Of a DNA stretch of 64,000 nt, positions 50,916 through 63,572 are shown piece by piece. The notes below the pieces were generated by a model. That model did no database searches. It saw nothing but the letters and a program-made list of their open reading frames with translations, and was not told the origin of the DNA. The DNA lies in the NCBI RefSeq assembly GCF_902459465.1, contig NW_022985693.1, positions 1,426,001 to 1,490,000 of the forward strand, written 5' to 3'. How positions within the stretch are numbered: the stretch's first letter is position 1; each line of letters begins with the position of its first letter. A program made the translations under genes and the position numbers. Source of the DNA: Asterias rubens. Its lineage: Eukaryota.

Positions 50916-51060
50916 CTGGTGAATTGCTTTTGTCGTTACTTTTTACATCAACCATTCAGTCTCCCCTCGCTTCTCTTGCGTTAATTTACATACACGACAT
51001 GTACATGTACATGTATGTACTTCATGTGCACACTGTAAGTGTACACGCATGTACTACGGA
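50916..51060 (-). other. Probable non-coding first exon of the PP2C gene (5' boundary approximate)
   Basis: Strong donor CAG|GTAAGA at 50916/50915 lies downstream of GC-box and CCAAT-containing sequence. The coding exon has an acceptor at 44417/44418, 9 nt before its ATG, so an upstream exon is implied. Confidence 0.5.
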
Positions 51061-52075
51061 CCACTATTTTTTCACGGTGGGCTTATACAGCGCCCTCTAC
51101 GAGTAACATTGATTGGTTTAATTCTGCCACGCCCCCTCACTTTTCACAGTTTCTGGACATAAATACAAAACAAAAATAAAAGTTCAAATATCATTGTGTT
51201 TAAACATCGTCTTTAATATTCCTCAAAAGTTTCAGATAGTTATCTTATCTTGCTTGTTTGAGATGTTATTTTTCTCCATTTATCACCACGCGCCGTGCCC
51301 CAAATTTTGGGGGGCGTGTCGGGGGTCCACTCCCTGGCCTCTAGCCTCGCCTTGAAATTCCCCATAGCACTAAATTTTGTACGAGAGGAAAGCACTTGAA
51401 AGTGTCCATCCAATGCTTTTGTCGTTACTTTTTACATCAACTATTCAGTCTCCCCCCTCGCTCTTGTGTTAATTACACACACGACATGTACACACAGGTA
51501 CATGTACATGTATGTTCATGTGTACACTGTAGGTGTACACACGCATGTTTCAGATAGTTATCTTATCTTGCTTGTTTGAGATGTTATTTTTCTCAATTTA
51601 TCACCACGCGCCGTGCCCCAAATTCTAGCCTCGCCTTGAAATTCCCCATAGCACTACATTTTGTACGAGAGGAAAGCCCTTGAAAATGTCCATCCAATGC
51701 TTATGTCGTTACTTTTTACATCAACTATCCAGTCTCCCCCCTCGCTCTTGTGTTTATATTGCTTGTGTTAATTACATACACGACATGTATGTACACACAT
51801 GTACATGTACATACTTCATGTGTACACTGTAGGTGTACACACGCATGTACTACGGACCACATTGCATTTTTTTAACGGTGGGCTTATACAGCGCCCTCTA
51901 CGAGTAACATTGATTTGATTGGTTTAATTCTGCCACGCCCCCTCACTTTTTACAGTTTCTGGACATAAATACAAAACAAAAATAAAAGTTCAAATATCAT
52001 TGTGTTTAACATTGTCTTTAATATTCCTCAAAAGTTTCAGATAATTATCTTATCTTGCTTGTTTGAGATGTTATT
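50926..52075. repeat. Shuffled tandem multiplication of the PP2C promoter/5' region
   Basis: Blocks recur in the order A B C D E A C E A B C'. Confidence 0.85.
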
Positions 52076-52869
52076 TCTAGCAGCATCTACATCAATTGGA
52101 ATCAAATTGAATTAAACTGATCAAATATGGGACTCAAATTTTTTAACTTGAAACATTTATATATTTATATAAAATTTTTAAAAATATGATTGAAACCATG
52201 ATTCAAACCCCAGCAAAAGTAGGGTCATAGATTTGTTTTCTTTGACAATGTATTTATCAAAAGGCTGTATTGGCAAGGAACATACAATAATTAAAGGTAC
52301 CTGTGAATGTTTCAGCTAAATCCATTGTAAACTTGTTGAGACAACAAAGAAATTGCACAGTATTTTCATCAAGAATGTTTAATGCATCCTGTTTAGCGAG
52401 CTAACAGTGGGTGGGTACCAACCGCATAAGTGTCTGCAGTATTCACAAATGAACACCAGGGAAATTTGAATCTCCAAAAAGCGCAGCATGCAATCTCTTT
52501 GGAGCTTCAGATTGCTTGTCCTACTTGTAATTATTTCTGATCTACAGGGGCACTTCTGACCAGATAATTTTTGCAGGATGCGAACTACCCTTACCGTCTT
52601 TATAACATAAGACTTTTGGGTGAAAATTACAAATTTCTTTTTCAAGGTAAAAATTGGGCCCAGGTTGGGGGGGGGGGGGGTGATGGGATGGGATGAGCCA
52701 ACTGCATGATAGAGCTCGTCGTTTCCAGTGTCTTAGGGAAGTTAAGTGATGGAAAAGAACCCTTGGATCTGGTACCCATTTACCCAAATTAATACCAATA
52801 TGTGAATATGCAGTTTCGCTACTGTTATTGATATTACAATATTCACACTATGTACATCAAATACAAGCA

Positions 52870-54519
52870 TCATCTGTTTTGGGCAGTGTGCTTGGAATGG
52901 AAAATGTCTACAGTCGTCTCCTGACATTTACGAAGGTCCATGTCACAGAAACCAATGCTGAATTTTCCAGTATTCTTGAAATAGTCCAGACCTCTGCCAA
53001 TCTTGATGATCCAGCCATTGTTTAATCTAAAATTACACCGAAAACATATCATTGGAAAAACTGCTACAAGTTTGCTTTCTTAGTTTGATTAAAGTTACAA
53101 TTAAAACATGAAAATAAGTTCATGACAAGATCATTCCTTTATATTTCCCACAATAATTTACTTACCTGATTTCTCGGTCATGCAGTGTTGATGAGTAATT
53201 GACATCAAGCGTTACACCATAATCAGATAGGCTTCTTTTCAGCTCATCTAGTCTTCCTTGCTGAGTTTGAGCATTCCCCTGCTGATGTAGAATAAGAGAA
53301 TAAATGTAGTCATTTTCATCAGGATTATCACAAATAGCAAAACTATACTTACAAACTCACAACATCAGGGGTGAAAATATTTTGTTGTCTCTGCATGGGG
53401 TTCTTGGCTAGTATAGTGATAAAGTTTGTTTTTCTGGGAATCCTTGTCTTCACAACCAGGAAACCTAATTTTATTTGATAATAAAAGCTATACTTTAAGA
53501 TAACTTTTCAAACTTTTTGAATTCCCCAAAAAGTTAATTAATTGAATAATCACATACCTCATCCCTGCCTGTTGTCAATGAGATCCTTTTGACCTTCGTC
53601 TTGCCTCCAACAAGAAGTTCACACAGCCTCAGAAAGTTATAAATCTGATGGGCAGACCTGATGTAAGGATCCTCCACATGAACTTCAGTTGTAAACTCAT
53701 CCAAGAATGGACCCAAGATTCTACTGTAGCTGTTATTAGTGGAGTCAGCTACAATGTGAATCTGTTCATGGTACTTCCCAGCTATGAAATAAATTATTAA
53801 TAAATTATTATGGTTATAAGTTTGGGTGTCATAGAAAGTACTGCAGCTTTAGTAAATGGCAATATTCCAAGCAAAATCAATTTATAAATCATTTTTGTGT
53901 ACATGTTTTCATCATATCTCAGGGGAATCACCTTCCTTTTCTTGCTCGACATGTTGTTTGACCTTCTCTGCTCTGTCCATGTATTCTCTGATTCGTGTAC
54001 GAAATGCCTGCTTCTTTACATCATCGGTGGTCACTATACAGGAACAACACACAAAATAATATGTTACTATTTTTTAAATTCAAACAGTGTCAGTGATCAA
54101 GAAGTATAAAATATAACAATCTGGGGAAAGTTAGAGTTGTCAGAAATATACTTGGGTATACCAGGTCTGGATTTAAACAAAGGTCCATGGAGGCCATGAC
54201 CTCTGTTGCCCCTGGTCTTGACCTTTCTGCCCCTACAAAAGTTTGGCTTTTAAAAATAAAGAGTTACACATTCAATTCCTGCAGTTGACTTACGGACTTT
54301 GCCGAGTATCACATAGAAGTAGACTAGAAGTAGAAGTATGTCCTATATTGTTTCTGACAAAAAAACATTACCTTTCAGAACTTCCATGAGTAGATTCAGC
54401 CCCTCTTGGTAACACACAAGTGATTCTGTAAATCGACCTTTGCCATCTAGCTCTACCGCCCTCTTTAGTACAGTTATTGCCGAGGCTTCAAATCCACTGT
54501 TCTGAGGCCTACCAGCCAT
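52870..54519 (-). CDS. MITD1: MIT domain-containing protein 1, 248 aa
   Basis: join(54519-54372,54033-53932,53781-53558,53281-53166,53026-52870). MIT helices: [12 protein letters not shown]...[11 protein letters not shown] and [15 protein letters not shown]-like C-terminus: [57 protein letters not shown]. Confidence 0.95.
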
Positions 54520-56028
54520 TCTAAATAAATGGTGGACGTTGTCTCTAGCATCAAATAGGCAATTTTGATTTGCAGATTCTGCAATTACAACATAAACCTA
54601 TTAGTGTAAGTACATTTGTTATTGCAGTTAAAAAAGAACAAGTTAACTTTTTTTTTCAGTAGGTTAAACTTATATCAAGATTAGAATGAATCATGGTTTA
54701 TTCAGAAACTAGATCTAACTTCAAGTTGCAGGCTGTGGATAAATACTCCCAAAAGACTATGGTATTGATAAAATATAAATGCTAATCAATCTTCCATTTA
54801 CATTTTTAAAAGGTAAGGATTAACACCACAAGTGGTAGGCCAGCTATATTGTCCCCTCAGCTGTCCAGCCGGGATTTTTAAAGAACAGAGCTAGTTCGAT
54901 GATTCTTTCAGGCACATACAGTGAATTACACTAAAGAGCATGGTTTTTTTTTTTTTTTTTTAAAGTTTTTTTAAACACGTCCTTTTTAAAATACTTTTTG
55001 AATAGCAATGCAATCTGTTAATTTAAGTTTTATCGTTATTCACAGACATGACAGACCGATTGCGCTCTAACAATGTTTACATGTAATCACGAACACGTGA
55101 CCTGAGAGATAGATAGAAAAACAACACAAGACGTGAGAAGACTCTCGATCTCGTAGTCGTACCGGCGATCATCACATGGACCATCAGCTGCATTTTCAAA
55201 TGTCAATAAATAACACTTTTATTAACTATATTAAAACGAAGCCCTTTTTATAAAATGAACGTTGTATCATTACCAATTGCTGTTTGATATTTACAGTATT
55301 CTACTACAAAATATGTTTATTTTGAGAGTAGTGTTAGACTACGTAATTACCGAGGTTTGAGCATGGTTTTGAGCATGTTTTGAGCGAGCTCACGCGCCGT
55401 AGATTTTGCTCTGCGCACGGTGTCGTGAAGTCGGGCTGTGCGATAGGGCCGGAGATCGCGAAAATGTCCGACTCTAGCTGATAATAATATAATTTACCTC
55501 ACGTCCTGTAAAGTCATTTAATAGTAGTAGTCAGACCACACTGGGGTGATGTATTTGTTCTGCTCTTTCTAGCTTATGTCCTTTCCCATCACAAAACTAA
55601 AAGTTCCACTTACGGGTAGGCCCTCTCACAGTCACAACACATCTTCCGGAACTTGTTGTGTACACACACAGACTCAGAGAGAATCCATGCACAAACATAC
55701 CACCCATATACCCATGTACAAACTGTATCTGCAAATAATTAACGGTGTCGTTAAACACCGCCCTCAAGTGTTGACATTTTCCGGTCAAAACACTATTAAC
55801 TGTTCATGATTGTAGACAAGTTTGCAGGCAACAGTCGTATAGTGCAGACTTCCGTCGTCAAGGCACTTTCGTGTAAACAACGAACGGGGATCAGACAGTT
55901 AGACGGGATCGCATATAATTATAATACGATTCGACGAGACACTGAGCACGAGTGCTGGCTGCTGCTTGTTTATGACTTCATTTTTTGTGATCAAAAGCAT
56001 TATCTAACTCGATATTTGTGTTGGGAAA

Positions 56029-59000
56029 ATGACGGCACTTCCAAGGGAAGTTTTTAAGTGGCTACAGAGCCTCGATCTAACATTTCCCATCAGAAATATT
56101 CGAAGGTGAGTCCGATCATGTTTTCTTTTTAACCAATTAAATGGAGGCTGGTCATCTCGCCACCTAGCTAGCAAGCTCGCCACCAACAAAGTCGCCCCCT
56201 GCAAAGTCGCCCCCTAACCGGCTCGCCCGAGTTGTTACAAAGTCACCCCCTGACAATGTCGCCCCCAAACAATGTCGCCCCCTAGCAAAGTCGCCCCCTG
56301 ACAATGTCGCCCCCAGCCAATGTCGCCCACAGAAAATAGTTAAGGGTTAGGGTTAGTTAGGGTTAATAGGGTTAGGGTTAGACCTTCCACAAGCACATTA
56401 CTTCATACAGAATTTTTTCTGAAAATGTTTTAACTATATTTGGGGGCGACTTTGCTAGGGGGGCGACATTGGCTGGGGGCGACATTGTCAGGGGCGACTT
56501 TGCTAGGGGGGCGACATTGTTTGGGGGCGACATTGCCAGGGGGCGAGCCGGGTAGGGGGAGACTTTGCAGGGGGCGACTTTGTAGGTGGCGAGCTTGTCA
56601 GGTGGCGAGATGACCAGCATTCAATTAAATAAGTAAAGAAAAGTGTCGGTGATCAGTTGATTAATCGTGTTCACGTACTAGCGAAATTGTACTTGACCAT
56701 CAGGGATTTAGGCCCATGATGAGTAGGCCTAACTGCTTTTTAGTCTTAACTGTCAGTCAATAAAGGATGCTTGCTTTTGTATTGTGTTAGTTTTTAGATA
56801 GCAAAACAAAATGCTGAACCTCCTTGACCAAACCTTCATCAACTCAATGCATCATCATGCATTGATTTGAAGGTTTGAACAATCAATGGAGGTTCAGCGT
56901 GGTCAGACAAATTGAAATATAACGGTTTAATGAATGTTACTGTGTACTGTCTGTCACTGTTATATTGTTGTACAGTGTGTGCACTCAGGTAGGCTACCCT
57001 CATTTTTATGGTCAACTCTGTAAATCCAAGGAGTCAGAGAGTTGGCCACACAACCATCACTTTATCAGTAGGCTAAAGTTTTGGTGTAGAATTGGCGGTG
57101 CATATATTAAACTAAGTACAATTTGAAGTGGAGTCAATCAATGTTTATTATTAATAAGTATTTTGATAATCTGTATTTTGTATTTATAATGATATTGTAT
57201 TTTGTTTTCAGAGATTTCTCCAATGGCTACATCGTGGCAGAGATCTTTTCATGGTACTATCCACAAGACATTCAGATGCACAATTATGATAACTGCAATG
57301 GTCTACCTGGCAAAGTAGGAAACTGGTCTCAACTTCAAACAGTGAGTTGTGTTTTTGTAACTCAGTATTATTAACACTTTCTATACAACACCTGATTGAT
57401 ATGCCAGACCTTGATAATGTATATTTCATTTTTGATGCGATATGATAGACTCCTTGGGACTTTGTCGCTACACCAACTCAGAACTTGGTCGCAGCCCTCT
57501 TTTTTCCCCCTGTCCAGCATTAGGGTCCTCATCTCCACATTGTCACGGAGGCCAACATCCCGCAGCAAAGTGGCAATGAATGTGGTTGGCCTCCGTCCCC
57601 TTCTATTTTACCTATTATTATGCCATATACCTAATCTGTACATTTCTTGTACTTCTTTATAGTTTTTTAAGCGGCGAAATATTGAGATACCAGAAGAGTT
57701 AATGGAAGGGACACTACACTGCAAGACAGATGCTGCTGAACTTCTTGCACAATATCTCTACACAAAACTCACCAATAGAAAGTATGTCATCCTGTTTGTT
57801 ATTCATTCCAAAATAAAGAAAAAACAAGCGCAATTTTGAAATTTGTCTAGTGTCTAGGCCTGATGCTTTGTATTTGAAAGGGCAAGGGAACCACTGAATT
57901 TTCTCCTTGGTAAAGGGCACCTCTGTGAGAAAAATAAAATTCAACTTTTATTTTTCAAAGGCACAAAGTCAATGACCTCTGGTGCTGGAGGCTAGAGGTT
58001 GCCTATGTTACCTCCATGAAGTATCGGTCCCGAGTCTACTCAATAGCAAGATACATGTACATGTATTTGGAATGTGTGAATCATGAATCTGTTTAGTTGT
58101 AGTTCTACATTTTAAAATTTCTATATAAGCATGGGAGCTTGGTAAATGCATTTAAAAATGCTTAATGGCGATTCTTCCACTTCATTTTTGTCTTCTATTA
58201 ATTGAATACTTTTTATGTTAAACTCGTCTGTCTTTACTTTTGTTCAGAGTGAAGCGGCTTGCCCTGGACTACGACATTGATTTTACCGATCACTCTTACC
58301 AGCTGAGTTTGCCGAAGCATGCACGTTCTACTGCATCCACCTCAGTGAAAAACAACTTGAAGATTACAGAATTCCTTACTGCACCAAATATCATCACGTG
58401 TCAACAAAAGGTATTTCATGCTAACATTGTGTTTCTTTAATTTGGTAGCAGAAACAAACTGTATGTTAAAACGGCCCGAGCGTCACTGAGTGAGGGATAC
58501 CTGGCTATATAAGAAGCCACTAAATTAGAAAACAGAAATTTCTTTGTAGTAAAACAACAGCCAATACACGATGAAGCTTATTTCATTTCATGACTTATCT
58601 TGAATCTGACAGGCCCAGGAGATTATTCATAAACACATACAGCATAGACAGGAAGAGAGGCTTGAAGAACCAGATCATTTTGATATAAAGCCATCTATTG
58701 GTCAACGATGTGTTCGACGGCCACCACCAGCCAATACCTACACAGGAGAGGGCATGGGTTGGAAGGACCAATCACAGGCAGCCAGTCGCATACCCAATAC
58801 ATCATCAAGTAGGTTTGTTTGACTATTATTATACAGGAAACAAATCGTTATTGAAATATCACAAACATATAGTAAACAAAAAGACACAAAATGATCATGT
58901 TGACAACTCAATAAGAACAATAACAATGAAGACTTGTAAAGCACCTGCATCCACCAAAAAGGCGCTTGCTCATGAGACAAAAGAAAGGGACAAATGAGTT

Positions 59001-59342
59001 TTGAGGGCAGTTTTAAATGATGATGTTGTATCAAAGTGAATTGCTTAGCCGAGCTAATGTGATTTGTTTTATTTCCCTATGAGAGAATGCGTACATGAGA
59101 AGTGTGTACACAGATTCATCAAATTGCCAAAACTATGAAATAACTTTTAACAATACTTTTCATTTTCTAAAGGGAAGCCCAGTCCTGATAAACCATCCAC
59201 AGTGAGGTCACCTGTAGGCAACAACGTGACCTTCAGAGAGATTCAAGTTGGCCAACTCGACCACACCTCCCAGCCAGCAGTACGACCTGTTGCTAGTCTC
59301 TCCTCAAGTCCTGTACTTCCACCTATCAGTGGCAGATCATGA
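56029..59342 (+). CDS. SPATA4: Spermatogenesis-associated protein 4 (CH-like domain, SPEF1/SPATA4 family), 284 aa
   Basis: join(56029-56105,57212-57341,57663-57781,58248-58410,58613-58808,59173-59342), phase-consistent. Encodes [14 protein letters not shown]...R|[17 protein letters not shown]...NWSQLQ...HCK...[11 protein letters not shown]...RSTAS...HFDIKPSIG. The last exon is less certain. Confidence 0.88.
56147..56618. mobile_element. Foldback element with ~190-bp arms of GTCGCCCCC subrepeats and an internal TTAGGG tract, in SPATA4 intron 1
   Basis: Termini gctggtcatctcgccacct / aggtggcgagatgaccagc; internal gggttagggttagttagggttaatagggttagggttag. Confidence 0.8.
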
Positions 59343-59383
59343 TGAATATTCATCCCATTGTCTACTCAGTCTGCAGAATGGAC

Positions 59384-59754
59384 TAGGCCTGGGCGACTAG
59401 TGTTTAAGTCGTGACTATTGATTGCTAGTGAAGTTGCGTCTGCTGTTTTTTAACTATTCCGTTAATCGTGCTGCCACAACTACTTCAAAAATATACAAGA
59501 CTTCCTGCTCGGTGAACCAAAAGTGTTGCTCAAGACTATTCACAACAACATAATTTTCTTATCATGAAGCACAATCACACATCAGTGACACAATCCTTCA
59601 AGCCTTGCATCGAGAATTTTACTTTTGCAACTGCGGCAAATAATTTGCCGCAATGCATCTTGGAAATGAAAAATTAGTCCCGACTACAGTCCAAACTGCG
59701 ACTATTTGAGGCGTGATTAGTCGAGTAATAAATTTCACTAGTCGTCCAGGCTTA
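59384..59754. mobile_element. hAT-type MITE with perfect 8-bp TSD, 41 nt after the SPATA4 stop
   Basis: GAATGGAC|TAGGCCTGGGCGACTAGTG ... CACTAGTCGTCCAGGCTTA|GAATGGAC. Confidence 0.9.
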
Positions 59755-62700
59755 GAATGGACCTTATGCATTGGATCATATGGTGGTCATCACACCATTA
59801 TCTCAGAGGCAAAACAATGCTGAATTACGCTCTTTTACCTCTTGCTCAGGGCGCCCTGCTTTAAAGACATCATTATGCTGAAGGTCTTAGGCAAGTTGTT
59901 TTTGCAATTTATATCAGCAGGTGTAATCCAACGATATCAGCCATGCTAGTATCAATTCTGAAAGACACACCACAAAAGGTGTCATGTGTCTGTGATTTAT
60001 GATTTCATTATCGGTTACTTTGATTCACTTTGACTATATGCAAAATGAAATTGTCATCCATAAAGTTTTTGATTGTTAATTTACTAAAAATAATGCTTGA
60101 TCTTGTATAAAATTGTACATAACTAAATAATTACATTTTCATGGTTAGCCTGTTCCTTCATTATTGTCTCAACATGTGGGAAACAAGATTATTGTCAATT
60201 TTGAACAGTATTTTTTTTTCCATAATGTTTTATGATAAAGAAGTAACATGCTCTACATGTACAGTATATAAAAATACATTATTGTTTATTACATGTTTGT
60301 TTGTTGAAATAAAATTTCTAGCTGGATAAAAATAACATTCGTGTGTCATATTTTGTGAGTTGGTTCAAGTTATTCATAATTTATCTTTAAAATGCAGAAT
60401 TCTCACTCACAGCAAATACATAGTTATCATAAAAAAGAGTTGATTTTATTCTAAAACTTTGTAATTATTACACACCAATTTAATTGCTACTTCAACAAAA
60501 GTTTACAATTGATGGTCCAGTTTGGACACTTCTTCAGGCCAAACCACTTTGGGTAGACTTTCTACAAAATCAGAATCTTTGATAACAAATTTGACAGAAA
60601 TTTAATGACAAGACACCAAATTATTTATGATTACCAAAGGCAAACTTAAGACACACTTGACATGTACATGTAGTATGCTACATAATCGATCATGGTAAAA
60701 TAATGATTCATCAAACAATTTTAATTGAACTGTTAAATCAATTTGACACTTCATGATCATGTATTAAGTAAGTTCTTGTACACAACACACTCGGATACAT
60801 TGTACATATATACCTAAAGATAACTTCCTTGAGCAATTTCTCTGAGTTTCATACATTGCTGCCCCAAAATACACAGGAACAAAACAAATCGATGGGGTTG
60901 GTTCTTATCTATTTAAACACTCTAAAAAGGATAAAATTGGCATTTATTTAAATAATAAACAAGAATGTTGACTGGCATAAATCCAATCCATGTATTTAAT
61001 TAACATAGTTTGGTTATTTCAGAGAAACATTTCAGTTAAATCTACCACACACAAAATAAAGTCTCAAACTTTTACCTTAAACAAAGGGGGAAAAAAGGGG
61101 GGGGGGGGAAACACTTTAAAATCTGCATGTTTTTAAAATCCTAGGTGACTGCCTAGTGAAACACTATGCAATCTAAAATATTAAATATTAGCACAATTCA
61201 CTTAAAGATCCCCACAACATAAAATCCAAATATTTGAAATTGAGAAATTGAGCTGATTATTTTTCTTGACACAATCTTTTAATATCCTTATAAGAGCAAG
61301 ATGTGCTTTACCCATGAATGAAGAAAAAGAGTAAAAGCAAATTGGTAAAAAAATTTGTCATTCCAAAAATACAACTACACGTAACTTGTTCAAAAGGAAA
61401 CCAATTGGATTTCTAATTTGTCATTCTTCGGGTAGGCAATTGCCTCTGTTGTGCAGATTATTGCGTTGGTGCCCTTTACCAGGGACGAAACAAATTGTTG
61501 CAATTGCCCTCTCAAAAAGCTTCTGGCCTGTAATTTTGCTTTGGTCAACTGTTCTAGCAGATGACCTTGCAGACCTTTTCCTTTAGTGAGATTAAGGATT
61601 GTGCAGGAAGGTAAACCTTAACACAATCCAATGGCTTGATTTATTGCATTCAATTACATAATTATTTTCTATGCTTTCAAAATTCAAACAGCTTTTAAGA
61701 AGCAGAGCCTATTATTGTTCTGTTTACAAAATCATTTTTGGTTAATTCTGGTACAAAATGAATTAAATATACAGTGAATATAAACAACTAATTACATATT
61801 TTACACTTATTGATAAATGGGGGTTATTTCATTTGATCGTTGTTTACAATTACACAATTAATCTTAAGATGAAAAAATAATTTGAGAATTTGAAATGATT
61901 TTTAAGAGCAAGAATGATCTTAGCCTGCGGTGTTAAAAACTGGGACGGTATTTAAACCAGATACAGCAGGCTTTGCCTTGTGTTTATCATAAAATATAAG
62001 AAGCAAATACATGTAAATGTATGTTTTCCATTAGTGCAGTAGTTTTACTACGAAGAAAAATATCTAACATGGCACAAAGTAACTAAAACACAGAAAATAT
62101 ATAATTTGATTTATAATTAAAACCATTAACAACTTAAGACAAAACCAAAAAGGTGTGAAAATAGTAATTTTGGCGCCTTTTAAATAAAGAAAACCTGCAT
62201 AAAAACAGCTACTTGAGCGGAATTGTTATCACAGGAATTCTATTTAACCGTATTATGTATTTTGTTATAATTTCAATGTTATTTTGATACCTGTGCACTT
62301 CTGAATTGTTTGTGTACACTTCTGCCGATGACTGCGTGTGTCAAAATGACAAGACTTTGAGGTCGTGTGTGGGATGTGCTACCACATATGACGTTACATG
62401 AGTGATGACGGAGAAGTGTATTCAAATCAATTGTTTTTGGCACAAGTGAAATCTGTTTAATCTAATATGAATTCAACTTCCTTATTGGTTGAAAACCTTT
62501 TAAAATTATTTTCAGCAAAGATCATATGTTGTCGTCTTCGTTCAAGTAAGCCATCTTTTATCTCAACCAACAAGATGGCAATAGGTCTGCATAGTTGTGC
62601 ACAATATAATTTCATAATGCCCTCCATCTTTCTAAGGCTTTTATTACACAATGTAATAAATCTAATTAAGTACTTAACTCTACCCGTACTTCAATTAACT

Positions 62701-63456
62701 TTATGAATAAAACCAGACAGATTTTGTGGGCGGATTGTAAAAGAAATTTGAATATAAATATCTATACTATAGTTATTACTTCACAGTCAATACTTATAAC
62801 AACAACACTTAATTCTTTATCAAAAAATATTCTTGAATTAAATTTAATATAACCCGATTAATAATTACATCTTGTTGTATTTTCATTTCTCTGTGAATAC
62901 ATATAATGATATCAAGCTACATTTGTTCAAATTATACTTATTTTGATCCATTATGACATATTTATTGCCATTTGTTCATCAACGAACTTCTTAAATTTGA
63001 AGTTTAAATCCGAGTATAAAGTACACTTTACTGAATGACATAGTGGTCAAGTAGAAAAACACTATTATGTCATAAGTGATTTCAAGAAACAGATCATACA
63101 GGACAGGAGTGAAGTCTTTGAATGGGCTAGACTGTTTTCGGTTTGTGAAAGATTCAACCATTTTGAAGAGACATCAAAGCCATTAAATAGACTTTTAAAA
63201 AACCCTGATCACTCCAAGAAGACTGTAATGCATGACATGATTGTTAGATGGGTTTAGTTAGGTGCCCTTCACATTAAGGCATTGAGGGGAGTGAGGCATT
63301 TAGGGGAGTGTGGTATTTATGGGAGTGGTGGCTGCAGACCATGTAAGCAGCGATGAGTTTTTACTTGCACATTGTACATGCGCACCCCTGCACCGCTCAT
63401 GGACAAGAAGTCCCTCTGCATCCAGACTTATGAATCTTACTGAGTACTAAAGTAGA

Positions 63457-63572
63457 ATTAGGTGAGGTTTGCGGTAGCACTCTGTAGAAATCTCTATTGA
63501 GTAGTGTTGGTTCAGAACCAACGTCTACTCAAAAGCGATTAACACATGGTGTTACGGCAAACCTCACCTAAT
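63457..63572. mobile_element. Small palindromic MITE
   Basis: attaggtgaggtttgcggtagcac / gtgttacggcaaacctcacctaat, with a central gagtag..ttggtt / aaccaa..ctactc hairpin. Confidence 0.65.

Noticed and set aside
56378-56620. 80-aa Pro/Ala-rich ORF
   Set aside because: Translation of foldback subrepeats.
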